A program made the position numbers and the translations under genes. 64,000 bases of DNA from Antedon mediterranea. Lineage: Eukaryota > Animalia > Echinodermata. Shown here piece after piece: positions 1-12,399 of this stretch (its first letter is position 1; each line of letters begins with the position of its first letter). Location: assembly GCF_964355755.1 (NCBI RefSeq), contig NC_092677.1:21253175-21317174 (forward strand), given 5' to 3'. The notes beneath the pieces were generated by a model that saw only the letters and a list, made by a program, of their open reading frames with translations, searched no databases and was not told the origin of the DNA.

Positions 1-3000
1 TCAAAGTGTACAGAATAGCTTCAAATCGCATTAGAAACCGTTTTAGACCATTTTAAGCATTTCGAAAAAACTTTTTCACACAAAACATCAAAGTGTACAA
101 AATAGCTTCAAATCGCATTTGGAGACGTTTTAGACAATTTTGTGATTTTCGAAAAAACTTGTTTACATAAAAACACCAAAGTGCTTAGAAAAGCTTCAAA
201 TCGCATTTGGAGACGTTTTAAACCATTTTGTTCATTTCGATGAAACTTGGTTACACAAAAACATCAAAGAGCACAAAAGTATTTAAAAACGTTTTAGACC
301 ATTTTGAGCATTCCGACAAAACTTTTTCACACAAAACATCAAAGTGTACAGAATAGCTTTAAATCGCATTTGGAGACGTTTTAGACCATTTTGTAATTTT
401 GGAAAAAACTTGTTAACATAAAAACACAAAAGAGCTTCAAATCGCATTTGGAGACGTTTTAGACCCTTTTGTGCATTTCGATGAAACTTGGTTACACAAA
501 AACATCAAAGTGCTTAAAATCACATTAGAAATCGTTTTAGACCATTTTGAGCATTTCGTTAAAACTTTTCACACAAAAACATCAAAGTCCACAAAATAGC
601 TTAATATCGTATTTAAAAACGTTTTAGACCATTTTGAGCATTTCGAAAAAACTTTTCCACACAAAACATCAAAGTTTACAAAATAGCTTCAAATCGCATT
701 TGGAGACGTTTTAGACCATTTTGTGATTTTCGAAAAAACTTGTTAACATAAAAACACCAAAGTGCTCAGAATACCTTCAAATCGTATTTTGAGACGTTTT
801 AGACAATTTTGCGATTTTCGAAAAAACTTGTTAACATAAAAACACCAAAGTGCTTAGAAAAGCTTCAAATCGCATTTGGAGACGTTTTAGACCATTTTGG
901 GCATTTCGATGAAACTTGGTTACACAAAAACATCAAAGTGCTTAAAATCACATTTTGAGCATTTCGTTAAAACTTTTCACACAAAAACATCAAAGAGCAA
1001 AAAATAGCTTAATATCGTATTTAAAAACGTTTTAGACCATTTTGAGCATTTCGACAAAACTTTTTCACACAAAACATCAAAGTGTACAAAATAGCTTCAA
1101 ATCGCATTTGGAGACGTTTTAGACAATTTTGTGATTTTCGAAAAAACTTGTTTACATAAAAACACCAAAGTGCTAAGAATAGCTTCCAATCGCATTTGGA
1201 GACGTTTTAGACCCTTTTGTGCATTTCGATGAAACTTGGTTACACAAAAACATCAAAGTGCTTAAAATCACATTAGAAACCGTTTTAGAACATTTTGAGC
1301 ATTTCGTTAAAATTTTTCACAGAAAAACATCAAAGAGCAAAAAATAGCTTAATATCGTATTTAAAAACGTTTTAGACCATTTTGAGCATTTCGACAAAAC
1401 TTTTTCAAACAAAACATCAAAGTGTACAGAATAGCTTCAAATCGCATTTGGAGACGTTTTAACCCATTTTGAGCATTTCGATAAAATTTTACACACAAAA
1501 ACATCAAAGTGCACAAAATAGCTTAATATGGTATTTAAAAACGTTTTAGACCATTTTGAGCATTTCAACAAAACTTTTTCTCACAAAACATCAAAGTGTA
1601 CAGAATAGCTTCAAATCGCATTTGGAGACGTTTTAGACAATTTTGTGCATTTCGATGAAACTTGGTTACACAAAAACATCAAAGTGCTTAAAATCACATT
1701 TTGAGCATTTCGTTAAAACTTTTCACACAAAAACATCAAAGTCCACAAAATAGCTTAATATCGTATTTAAAAACGTTTTAGACCATTTTGAGCATTTCGA
1801 AAAAACTTTTCCACACAAAACATCAAAGTTTACAAAATAGCTTCAAATCGCATTTGGAGACGTTTTAGACCATTTTGTGATTTTCGAAAAAACTTGTTAA
1901 CATAAAAACACCAAAGTGCTCAGATTACCTTCAAATCGTGTTTTGAGACGTTTTAGACCATTTTGTAATTTTCGAATAAACTTGTTAACATAAAAACACC
2001 AAAGTGCTCAGAATAGCTTCACATCGCATTTTGAGACGTTTTAGACCATTTTGTGATTTTCGAAAAAACTTGTTAACATAAAAACACCAAAGTGCTTAGA
2101 AAAGCTTGAAATCGCATTTGGAGACGTTTTAGACCATTTTGTGCATTTCGATGAAACTTGGTTAAAGTGCTTAAAATCACATTTTGAGCATTTCGTTAAA
2201 ACTTTTCACACAAAAACATCAAAGAGTAAAAAATAGCTTAATATCGTACTTAAAAACGTTTTAGACCATTTTGAGCATTTTGACAAAATTTTTTCACACA
2301 AAACATCAAAGTGTACAGAATAGCTTTAAATCGCATTTGGAGACGTTTTAGACCATTTTGTTCATTTCGATGAAACAAAAACACAAAAACATCAAATTGC
2401 ACAAAATGGCTTAATATGATATGGGAAAACGTTTTAGACCATTTTGAACATTTCGTTAAAAGTTTTCACAAAAAAACATCAAAGTCCACAAAATAGCTTA
2501 ATATCGTATTTAAAAACGTTTTAGACCATTTTGAGCATTTCGACAAAACTTTTTCACACAAAACATCAAAGTGTACAGATAAGCTTCAAATCGCATTTGG
2601 AGACGTTTTAAACCATTTTGAGCATTTCGATAAAATTTTACACACAAAAACATCAAAGTGCACAAAATAGCTTTAAATCGCATTTGGAGACGTTTTAGAC
2701 CATTTTGTAGTTTTCGAAAAAACTTGTTAACATAAAAACACCAAAGAGCTTCAAATCGCATTTGGAGACGTTTTAGACCCTTTTGTGCATTTCGATGAAA
2801 CTTGGTTACAAAAAAACATCAAAGTGCTTAAAATCACATTAGAAACCGTTTTAGACCATTTTGAGCATTTCGTTAAAACTTTTCACACAAAAACATCAAA
2901 GTCCACAAAATAGCTTAATATCGTATTTAAAAACGTTTTAGACCATTTTGAGCATTTCGAAAAAACTTTTTCACACAAAACATCAAAGTTTACAAAATAG

Positions 3001-6000
3001 CTTCAAATCGCATTTGGAGACGTTTTAGACCATTTTGTGATTTTCGAAAAAACTTGTTAACATAAAAACACCAAAGTGCTCAGAATACCTTCAAATCGCA
3101 TTTTGAGACGTTTTAGACCATTTTGTGATTTTCGAAAAAACTTGTTAACATAAAAATACCAAAGTGCTCAGAATACCTTCAAATCGTGTTTTGAGACGTT
3201 TTAGACCATTTTGTGATTTTCGAAAAAACTTGTTAACATAAAAACACCAAAGTGCTCAAAATACCTTCAAATCGCATTTGGAGACGTTTTAGACCATTTT
3301 GTGATTTTCGAAAAAACTTGTTAACATAAAAACACCAAAGTGCTCAGAAAAGCTTCAAATCGCATTTGGAGACGTTTTAAACCATTTTGTTCATTTCGAT
3401 GAAACTTGGTTACACAAAAACATCAAAGAGCACAAAAGTATTTAAAAACGTTTTAGACCATTTTGAGCATTCCGACAAAACTTTTTCACACAAAACATCA
3501 AAGTGTACAGAATAGCTTTAAATCGCATTTGGAGACGTTTTAGACCATTTTGTAGTTTTCGAAAAAACTTGTTAACATAAAAACACAAAAGAGCTTCAAA
3601 TCGCATTTGGAGACGTTTTAGACCCTTTTGTGCATTTCGATGAAACTTGGTTACACAAAAACATCAAAGTGCTTAAAATCACATTAGAAACCGTTTTAGA
3701 CCATTTTGAGCTTTTCGTTAAAACTTTTCACACAAAAACATCAAAGTCCACAAAATAGCTTAATATCGTATTCAAAAACGTTTTAGACCATTTTGAGCAT
3801 TTCGAAAAAACTTTTTCACACAAAACATCAAAGTTTACAAAATAGCTTCAAATCGCATTTGGAGACGTTTTAGACCATTTTGTGATTTTCGAAAAAACTT
3901 GTTAACATAAAAACACCAAAGTGCTCAGAATACCTTCAAATCGCATTTGGAGACGTTTTAGACCATTTTGTGATTTTCGAAAAAACTTGTTAACATAAAA
4001 ACACCAAAGTGCTTAGAAAAGCTTCAAATCGCATTTGGAGACGTTTTAGACCATTTTTTGCATTTCGATGAAACTTGGTTACACAAAAACATCAAAGTGC
4101 TTAAAATCACATTTTGAGCATTTCGTTAAAACTTTTCACACAAAAACATCAAAGTCCACAAAATAGCTTAATATCGTATTTAAAAACGTTTTAGACCATT
4201 TTGAGCATTTCGAAAAAACTTTTCCACACAAAACATCAAAGTTTACAAAATAGCTTCAAATCGCATTTGGAGACGTTTTAGACCATTTTGTGATTTTCGA
4301 AAAAACTTGTTAACATAAAAACACAAAAGTGCTCAGAATACCTTCAAATCGCATTTGGAGACGTTTTAGACCATTTTGTGATTTTCGAAAAAACTTGTTT
4401 ACATAAAAACACCAAAGTGCTTAGAAAAGCTTCAAATCGCATTTGGAGACGTTTTAAACCATTTTGTTCATTTCGATGAAACTTGGTTACACAAAAACAT
4501 CAAAGAGCACAAAAGTATTTAAAAACGTTTTAGACCATTTTGTGCATTCCGACAAAACTTTTTAACACAAAACATCAAAGTGTATAGAATAGCTTTAAAT
4601 CGCATTTGGAGACGTTTTAGACCATTTTGTAGTTTTCGAAAAAACTTGTTAACATAAAAACACCAAAGAGCTTCAAATCGCATTTGGAGACGTTTTAGAC
4701 CCTTTTGTGCATTTCGATGAAACTTGGTTACACAAAAACATCAAAGTGCTTAAAATCACATTAGAAACCGTTTTAGACCATTTTGAGCATTTCGTTAAAA
4801 CTTTTCACACAAAAACATCAAAGTCCACAAAATAGCTTAATATCGTATTTAAAAACGTTTTAGACCATTTTGAGCATTTCGAAAAATTTTTTCACACAAA
4901 ACATCAAAGTTTACAAAATAGCTTCAAATCGCATTTGGAGACGTTTTAGACCATTTTGTGATTTTCGAAAAAACTTGTTAACATAAAAACACCAAAGTAC
5001 TCAGAATACCTTCAAATGGCATTTTGAGACGTTTTAGACCATTTTGTGATTTTCGAAAAAACAACATAAAAACACCAAAGTGCTCAGAATACCTTCAAAT
5101 CGCATTTGGAGACGTTTTAGACCATTTTGTGATTTTCGAAAAAACTTGTTAACATAAAAACACCAAAGTGCTCAGAATACCTTCAAATCGTATTTTGAGA
5201 CGTTTTAGACAATTTTGTGATTTTCGAAAAAACTTGTTAACATAAAAACACCAAAGTGCTTAGAAAAGCTTCAAATCGCATTTGGAGACGTTTTAGACCA
5301 TTTTGTGCATTTCGATGAAACTTGGTTACACAAAAACATCAAAGTGTACAGAATAGCTTCAAATCGCATTAGAAACCGTTTTAGACCATTTTAAGCATTT
5401 CGAAAAAACTTTTTCACACAAAACATCAAAGTGTACAAAATAGCTTCAAATCGCATTTGGAGACGTTTTAGACAATTTTGTGATTTTCGAAAAAACTTGT
5501 TTACATAAAAACACCAAAGTGCTTAGAAAAGCTTCAAATCACATTTGGAGACGTTTTAAACCATTTTGTTCATTTCGATGAAACTTGGTTACACAAAAAC
5601 ATCAAAGAGCACAAAAGTATTTAAAAACGTTTTAGACCATTTTGAGCATTCCGACAAAACTTTTTCACACAAAACATCAAAGTGTACAGAATAGCTTTAA
5701 ATCGCATTTGGAGACGTTTTAGACCATTTTGTAATTTTGGAAAAAACTTGTTAACATAAAAACACAAAAGAGCTTCAAATCGCATTTGGAGACGTTTTAG
5801 ACCCTTTTGTGCATTTCGATGAAACTTGGTTACACAAAAACATCAAAGTGCTTAAAATCACATTAGAAATCGTTTTAGACCATTTTGAGCATTTCGTTAA
5901 AACTTTTCACACAAAAACATCAAAGTCCACAAAATAGCTTAATATCGTATTTAAAAACGTTTTAGACCATTTTGAGCATTTCGAAAAAACTTTTCCACAC

Positions 6001-8595
6001 AAAACATCAAAGTTTACAAAATAGCTTCAAATCGCATTTGGAGACGTTTTAGACCATTTTGTGATTTTCGAAAAAACTTGTTAACATAAAAACACCAAAG
6101 TGCTCAGAATACCTTCAAATCGTATTTTGAGACGTTTTAGACAATTTTGCGATTTTCGAAAAAACTTGTTAACATAAAAACACCAAAGTGCTTAGAAAAG
6201 CTTCAAATCGCATTTGGAGACGTTTTAGACCATTTTGGGCATTTCGATGAAACTTGGTTACACAAAAACATCAAAGTGCTTAAAATCACATTTTGAGCAT
6301 TTCGTTAAAACTTTTCACACAAAAACATCAAAGAGCAAAAAATAGCTTAATATCGTATTTAAAAACGTTTTAGACCATTTTGAGCATTTCGACAAAACTT
6401 TTTCACACAAAACATCAAAGTGTACAAAATAGCTTCAAATCGCATTTGGAGACGTTTTAGACAATTTTGTGATTTTCGAAAAAACTTGTTTACATAAAAA
6501 CACCAAAGTGCTAAGAATAGCTTCCAATCACATTTGGAGACGTTTTAGACCCTTTTGTGCATTTCGATGAAACTTGGTTACACAAAAACATCAAAGTGCT
6601 TAAAATCACATTAGAAACCGTTTTAGAACATTTTGAGCATTTCGTTAAAATTTTTCACAGAAAAACATCAAAGAGCAAAAAATAGCTTAATATCGTATTT
6701 AAAAACGTTTTAGACCATTTTGAGCATTTCGACAAAACTTTTTCAAACAAAACATCAAAGTGTACAGAATAGCTTCAAATCGCATTTGGAGACGTTTTAA
6801 CCCATTTTGAGCATTTCGATAAAATTTTACACACAAAAACATCAAAGTGCACAAAATAGCTTAATATGGTATTTAAAAACGTTTTAGACCATTTTGAGCA
6901 TTTCAACAAAACTTTTTCTCACAAAACATCAAAGTGTACAGAATAGCTTCAAATCGCATTTGGAGACGTTTTAGACAATTTTGTGCATTTCGATGAAACT
7001 TGGTTACACAAAAACATCAAAGTGCTTAAAATCACATTTTGAGCATTTCGTTAAAACTTTTCACACAAAAACATCAAAGTCCACAAAATAGCTTAATATC
7101 GTATTTAAAAACGTTTTAGACCATTTTGAGCATTTCGAAAAAACTTTTCCACACAAAACATCAAAGTTTAAAAAATAGCTTCAAATCGCATTTGGAGACG
7201 TTTTAGACCATTTTGTGATTTTCGAAAAAAACTTGTTAACATAAAAACACCAAAGTGCTCAGAATACCTTCAAATCGCATTTGGAGACGTTTTAGACCCT
7301 TTTGTGCATTTCGATGAAACTTGGTTACACAAAAACATCAAAGTGCTTAAAATCACATTAGAAACCGTTTTAGACCATTTTGAGCATTTCGTTAAAATTT
7401 TTCACAGAAAAACATCAAAGAGCAAAAAATAGCTTAATATCGTATTTAAAAACGTTTTAGACCATTTTGAGCATTTCGACAAAACTTTTTCACACAAAAC
7501 ATCAAAGTGTACAGAATAGCTTCAAATCGCATTTGGAGACGTTTTAACCCATTTTGAGCATTTCGATAAAATTTTACACACAAAAACATCAAAGTGCACA
7601 AAATAGCTTAATATGGTATTTAAAAACGTTTTAGACCATTTTGAGCATTTCAACAAAACTTTTTCTCACAAAACATCAAAGTGTACAGAATAGCTTCAAA
7701 TCGCATTTGGAGACGTTTTAGACCATTTTGTGCATTTCGATGAAACTTGGTTACACAAAAACATCAAAGTGCTTAAAATCACATTTTGAGCATTTCGTTA
7801 AAACTTTTCACACAAAAACATCAAAGTCCACAAAATAGCTTAATATCGTATTTAAAAACGTTTTAGACCATTTTGAGCATTTCGAAAAAACTTTTCCACA
7901 CAAAACATCAAAGTTTACAAAATAGCTTCAAATCGCATTTGGAGACGTTTTAGACCATTTTGTGATTTTCGAAAAAACTTGTTAACATAAAAACACCAAA
8001 GTGCTCAGATTACCTTCAAATCGTGTTTTGAGACGTTTTAGACCATTTTGTAATTTTCGAAAAAACTTGTTAACATAAAAACACCAAAGTGCTCAGAATA
8101 GCTTCACATCGCATTTTGAGACGTTTTAGACCATTTTGTGATTTTCGAAAAAACTTGTTAACATAAAAACACCAAAGTGCTTAGAAAAGCTTGAAATCGC
8201 ATTTGGAGACGTTTTAGACCATTTTGTGCATTTCGATGAAACTTGGTTAAAGTGCTTAAAATCACATTTTGAGCATTTCGTTAAAACTTTTCACACAAAA
8301 ACATCAAAGAGTAAAAAATAGCTTAATATCGTACTTAAAAACGTTTTAGACCATTTTGAGCATTTTGACAAAATTTTTTCACACAAAACATCAAAGTGTA
8401 CAGAATAGCTTTAAATCGCATTTGGAGACGTTTTAGACCATTTTGTTCATTTCGATGAAACAAAAACACAAAAACATCAAATTGCACAAAATGGCTTAAT
8501 ATGATATGGGAAAACGTTTTAGACCATTTTGAACATTTCGTTAAAAGTTTTCACAAAAAAACATCAAAGTCCACAAAATAGCTTAATATCGTATT
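1..8595 (+). repeat. Block duplication: 1..~2510 copied at 5339..~8595 with an extra ~750 bp inside the second copy
   Basis: Shared rare variants at offset 5338: ttttAagcat, gaaaTcgtttt, ttttgCgatt, ttttgGgc. Then cagaTtacc (1921/8006) and the ggttaaagtg deletion at offset 6085. Confidence 0.85.
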
Positions 8596-11500
8596 CAAAA
8601 ACGTTTTAGACCATTTTGAGCATTTCGAAAAAACTTTTTCACACAAAACATCAAAGTTTACAAAATAGCTTCAAATCGCATTTGGAGACGTTTTAGACCA
8701 TTTTGTGATTTTCGAAAAAACTTGTTAACATAAAAACACCAAAGTGCTCAGAATACCTTCAAATCGCATTTTGAGACGTTTTAGACCATTTTGTGATTTT
8801 CGAAAAAACTTGTTAACATAAAAACACCAAAGTGCTCAGAATACCTTCAAATCGTGTTTTGAGACGTTTTAGACCATTTTGTGATTTTGGAAAAACTTGT
8901 TAACATAAAAACACCAAAGTGCTCAGAATACCTTCAAATCGCATTTGGAGACGTTTTAGACCATTTTGTGATTTTCGAAAAAACTTGTTAACATAAAAAC
9001 ACCAAAGTGCTCAGAAAAGCTTCAAATCGCAATTGGAGACGTTTTAAACCATTTTGTTCATTTCGATGAAACTTGGTTACACAAAAACATCAAATTGCAC
9101 AAAATGGCTTAATATGGTATGGGAAAACGTTTTAGACCATTTTGAACATTTCGAGAAAACTTTTTCACACAAAACTTCAAAGTGTACAGAATAGCTTCAA
9201 ATCGCATTAGAAACCGTTTTAGACCATTTTGAGCATTTCGAAAAAACTTTTTCACACAAAACATCAAAGTTTACAAAATAGCTTCAAATCGCATTTGGAG
9301 ACGTTTTAGACCATTTTGTGATTTTCGAAAAAACTTGTTAACATAAAAACACCAAAGTGCTCAGAATACCTTCAAATCGCATTTTGAGACGTTTTAGACC
9401 ATTTTGTGATTTTCGAAAAAACTTGTTAACATAAAAATACCAAAGTGCTCAGAATACCTTCAAATCGTGTTTTGAGACGTTTTAGACCATTTTGTGATTT
9501 TCGAAAAAACTTGTTAACATAAAAACACCAAAGTGCTCAGAATACCTTCAAATCGCATTTGGAAACGTTTTAGACCATTTTGTGATTTTCGAAAAAACTT
9601 GTTAACATAAAAACACCAAAGTTCTCAGAAAAGCTTCAAATCGCATTTGGAGACGTTTTAAACCATTTTGTTCATTTCGATGAAACTTGGTTACACAAAA
9701 ACATCAAAGAGCACAAAAGTATTTAAAAACGTTTTAGACCATTTTGAGCATTCCGACAAAACTTTTTCACACAAAACATCAAAGTGTACAGAATAGCTTT
9801 AAATCGCATTTGGAGACGTTTTAGACCATTTTGTAGTTTTCGAAAAAACTTGTTAACATAAAAACACAAAAGAGCTTCAAATCGCATTTGGAGACGTTTT
9901 AGATCCTTTTGTGCATTTCGATGAAACTTGGTTACACAAAAACATCAAAGTGCTTAAAATCACATTAGAAACCGTTTTAGACCATTTTGAGCATTTCGTT
10001 AAAACTTTTCACACAAAAACATCAAAGTCCACAAAATAGCTTAATATCGTATTCAAAAACGTTTTAGACCATTTTGAGCATTTCGAAAAAACTTTTTCAC
10101 ACAAAACATCAAAGTTTACAAAATAGCTTCAAATCGCATTTGGAGACGTTTTAGACCATTTTGTGATTTTCGAAAAAACTTGTTAACATAAAAACACCAA
10201 AGTGCTCAGAATACCTTCAAATCGCATTTTGAGACGTTTTAGACCATTTTGTGATTTTCGAAAAAACAACATAAAAACACCAAAGTGCTCAGAATACCTT
10301 TAAATCGCATTTGGAGACGTTTTAGACCATTTTGTGATTTTGGAAAAAACTTGTTAACATAAAAACACCAAAGTGCTCAGAATACCTTCAAATCGTATTT
10401 TGAGACGTTTTAGACAATTTTGTGATTTTCGAATAAACTTGTTAACATAAAAACACCAAAGTGCTTAGAAAAGCATCAAATCGCATTTGGAGACGTTTTA
10501 GACCATTTTGTGCATTTCGATGAAACTTGGTTACACAAAAACATCAAAGTGTACAGAATAGCTTCAAATCGCATTAGAAACCGTTTTAGACCATTTTGAG
10601 CATTTCGAAAAAAACTTTTTCACACAAAACATCAAAGTGTACAAAATAGCTTCAAATCGCATTTGGAGACGTTTTAGACAATTTTGTGATTTTCGAAAAA
10701 ACTTGTTTACATAAAAACACCAAAGTGCTAAGAATAGCTTCCAATCGCATTTGGAGACGTTTTAGACCCTTTTGTGCATTTCGATGAAACTTGGTTACAC
10801 AAAAACATCAAAGTGCTTAAAATCACATTAGAAACCGTTTTAGACCATTTTGAGCATTTCATTAAAATTTTTCACAGAAAAACATCAAAGAGCAAAAAAT
10901 AGCTTAATATCGTATTTAAAAACGTTTTAGACCATTTTGAGCATTTCGACAAAACTTTTTCACACAAAACATCAAAGTGTACAGAATAGCTTAATATCGC
11001 ATTTGGAGACGTTTTAACCCATTTTGAGCATTTCGATAAAATTTTACACACAAAAACATCAAAGTGCACAAAATAGCTTAATATGGTATTTAAAAACGTT
11101 TTAGAACATTTTGAGCATTTCAACAAAACTTTTTCTCACAAAACATCAAAGTGTACAGAATAGCTTCAAATCGCATTTGGAGACGTTTTAGACCATTGTG
11201 TGCATTTCGATGAAACTTGGTTACACAAAAACATCAAAGTGCTTAAAATCACATTTTGAGCATTTCGTTAAAACTTTTCACACAAAAACATCAAAGAGTA
11301 AAAAATAGCTTAATATCGTATTTAAAAACGTTTTAGACCATTTTGAGCATTTCGACAAAATTTTTTCACACAAAACATCAAAGTGTACAGAATAGCTTTA
11401 AATCGCATTTGGAGACGTTTTAGACCATTTTGTTAATTTCGATGAAACAAAAACACAAAAACATCAAATTGCACAAAATGGCTTAATATGATATGGGAAA

Positions 11501-12399
11501 ACGTTTTAGACCATTTTGAACATTTCGTTAAAAGTTTTCACACAAAAACATCAAAGTCTACAAAATAGCTTAATATCGTATTTAAAAACGTTTTAGACCA
11601 TTTTGAGCATTTCGAAAAAACTTTTTCACACAAAACATCAAAGTTTACAAAATAGCTTCAAATCGCATTTGGAGACGTTTTAGACCATTTTGTGATTTTC
11701 GAAAAAACTTGTTAACATAAAAACACCAAAGTGCTCAGAATACCTTCAAATCGCATTTTGAGACGTTTTAGACCATTTTGTGATTTTCGAAAAAACTTGT
11801 TAACATAAAAACACCAAAGTGCTCAGAATACCTTCAAATCGTGTTTTGAGACGTTTTAGACCATTTTGTGATTTTCGAAAAAACTTGTTAACATAAAAAC
11901 ACCAAAGTGCTCAGAATACCTTCAAATCGCATTTTGAGACGTTTTAGACCATTTTGTGATTTTCAAAAAAACTTGTTAACATAAAAACACCAAAGTGCTC
12001 AGAATACCTTCAAATCGTGTTTTGAGACGTTTTAGACCATTTTGTGATTTTCGAAAAAACTTGTTAACATAAAAACACCAAAGTGCTTAGAAAAGCTTCA
12101 AATCGCATTTGGAGACGTTTTAGACCATTTTGTTCATTTCGATGAAACTTGGTTACACAAAAACATCAAAGAGCACAAAAGATCTTAATATCGTATTTAA
12201 AAACGTTTTAGACCATTTTGAGCATTTCGAAAAAACTTTTTCACAGAAAACATCAAAGTGTACAAAATAGCTTCAAATCGCATTTTGAGACGTTTTAGAC
12301 AATTTTGTGATTTTCGAAAAAACTTGTTTACATAAAAACACCAAAGTGCTTAGAAAAGCTTCAAATCGCATTTGGAGACGTTTTAAACCATTTTGTTCA

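Noticed and set aside
2510-2761. 83-aa minus-strand ORF (also 10872..11126 and 29244..29492)
   Set aside because: These are translations of ~3 satellite monomers with ~29-aa periodicity (87 bp). They open only where monomer lengths happen to keep frame, and they show no domain or gene context.
3040-3060. CENP-B box-like TTCGNNNNA in ttttcgaaaaaacttg
   Set aside because: It lacks the essential downstream CGGG of the NTTCGNNNNANNCGGGN motif.
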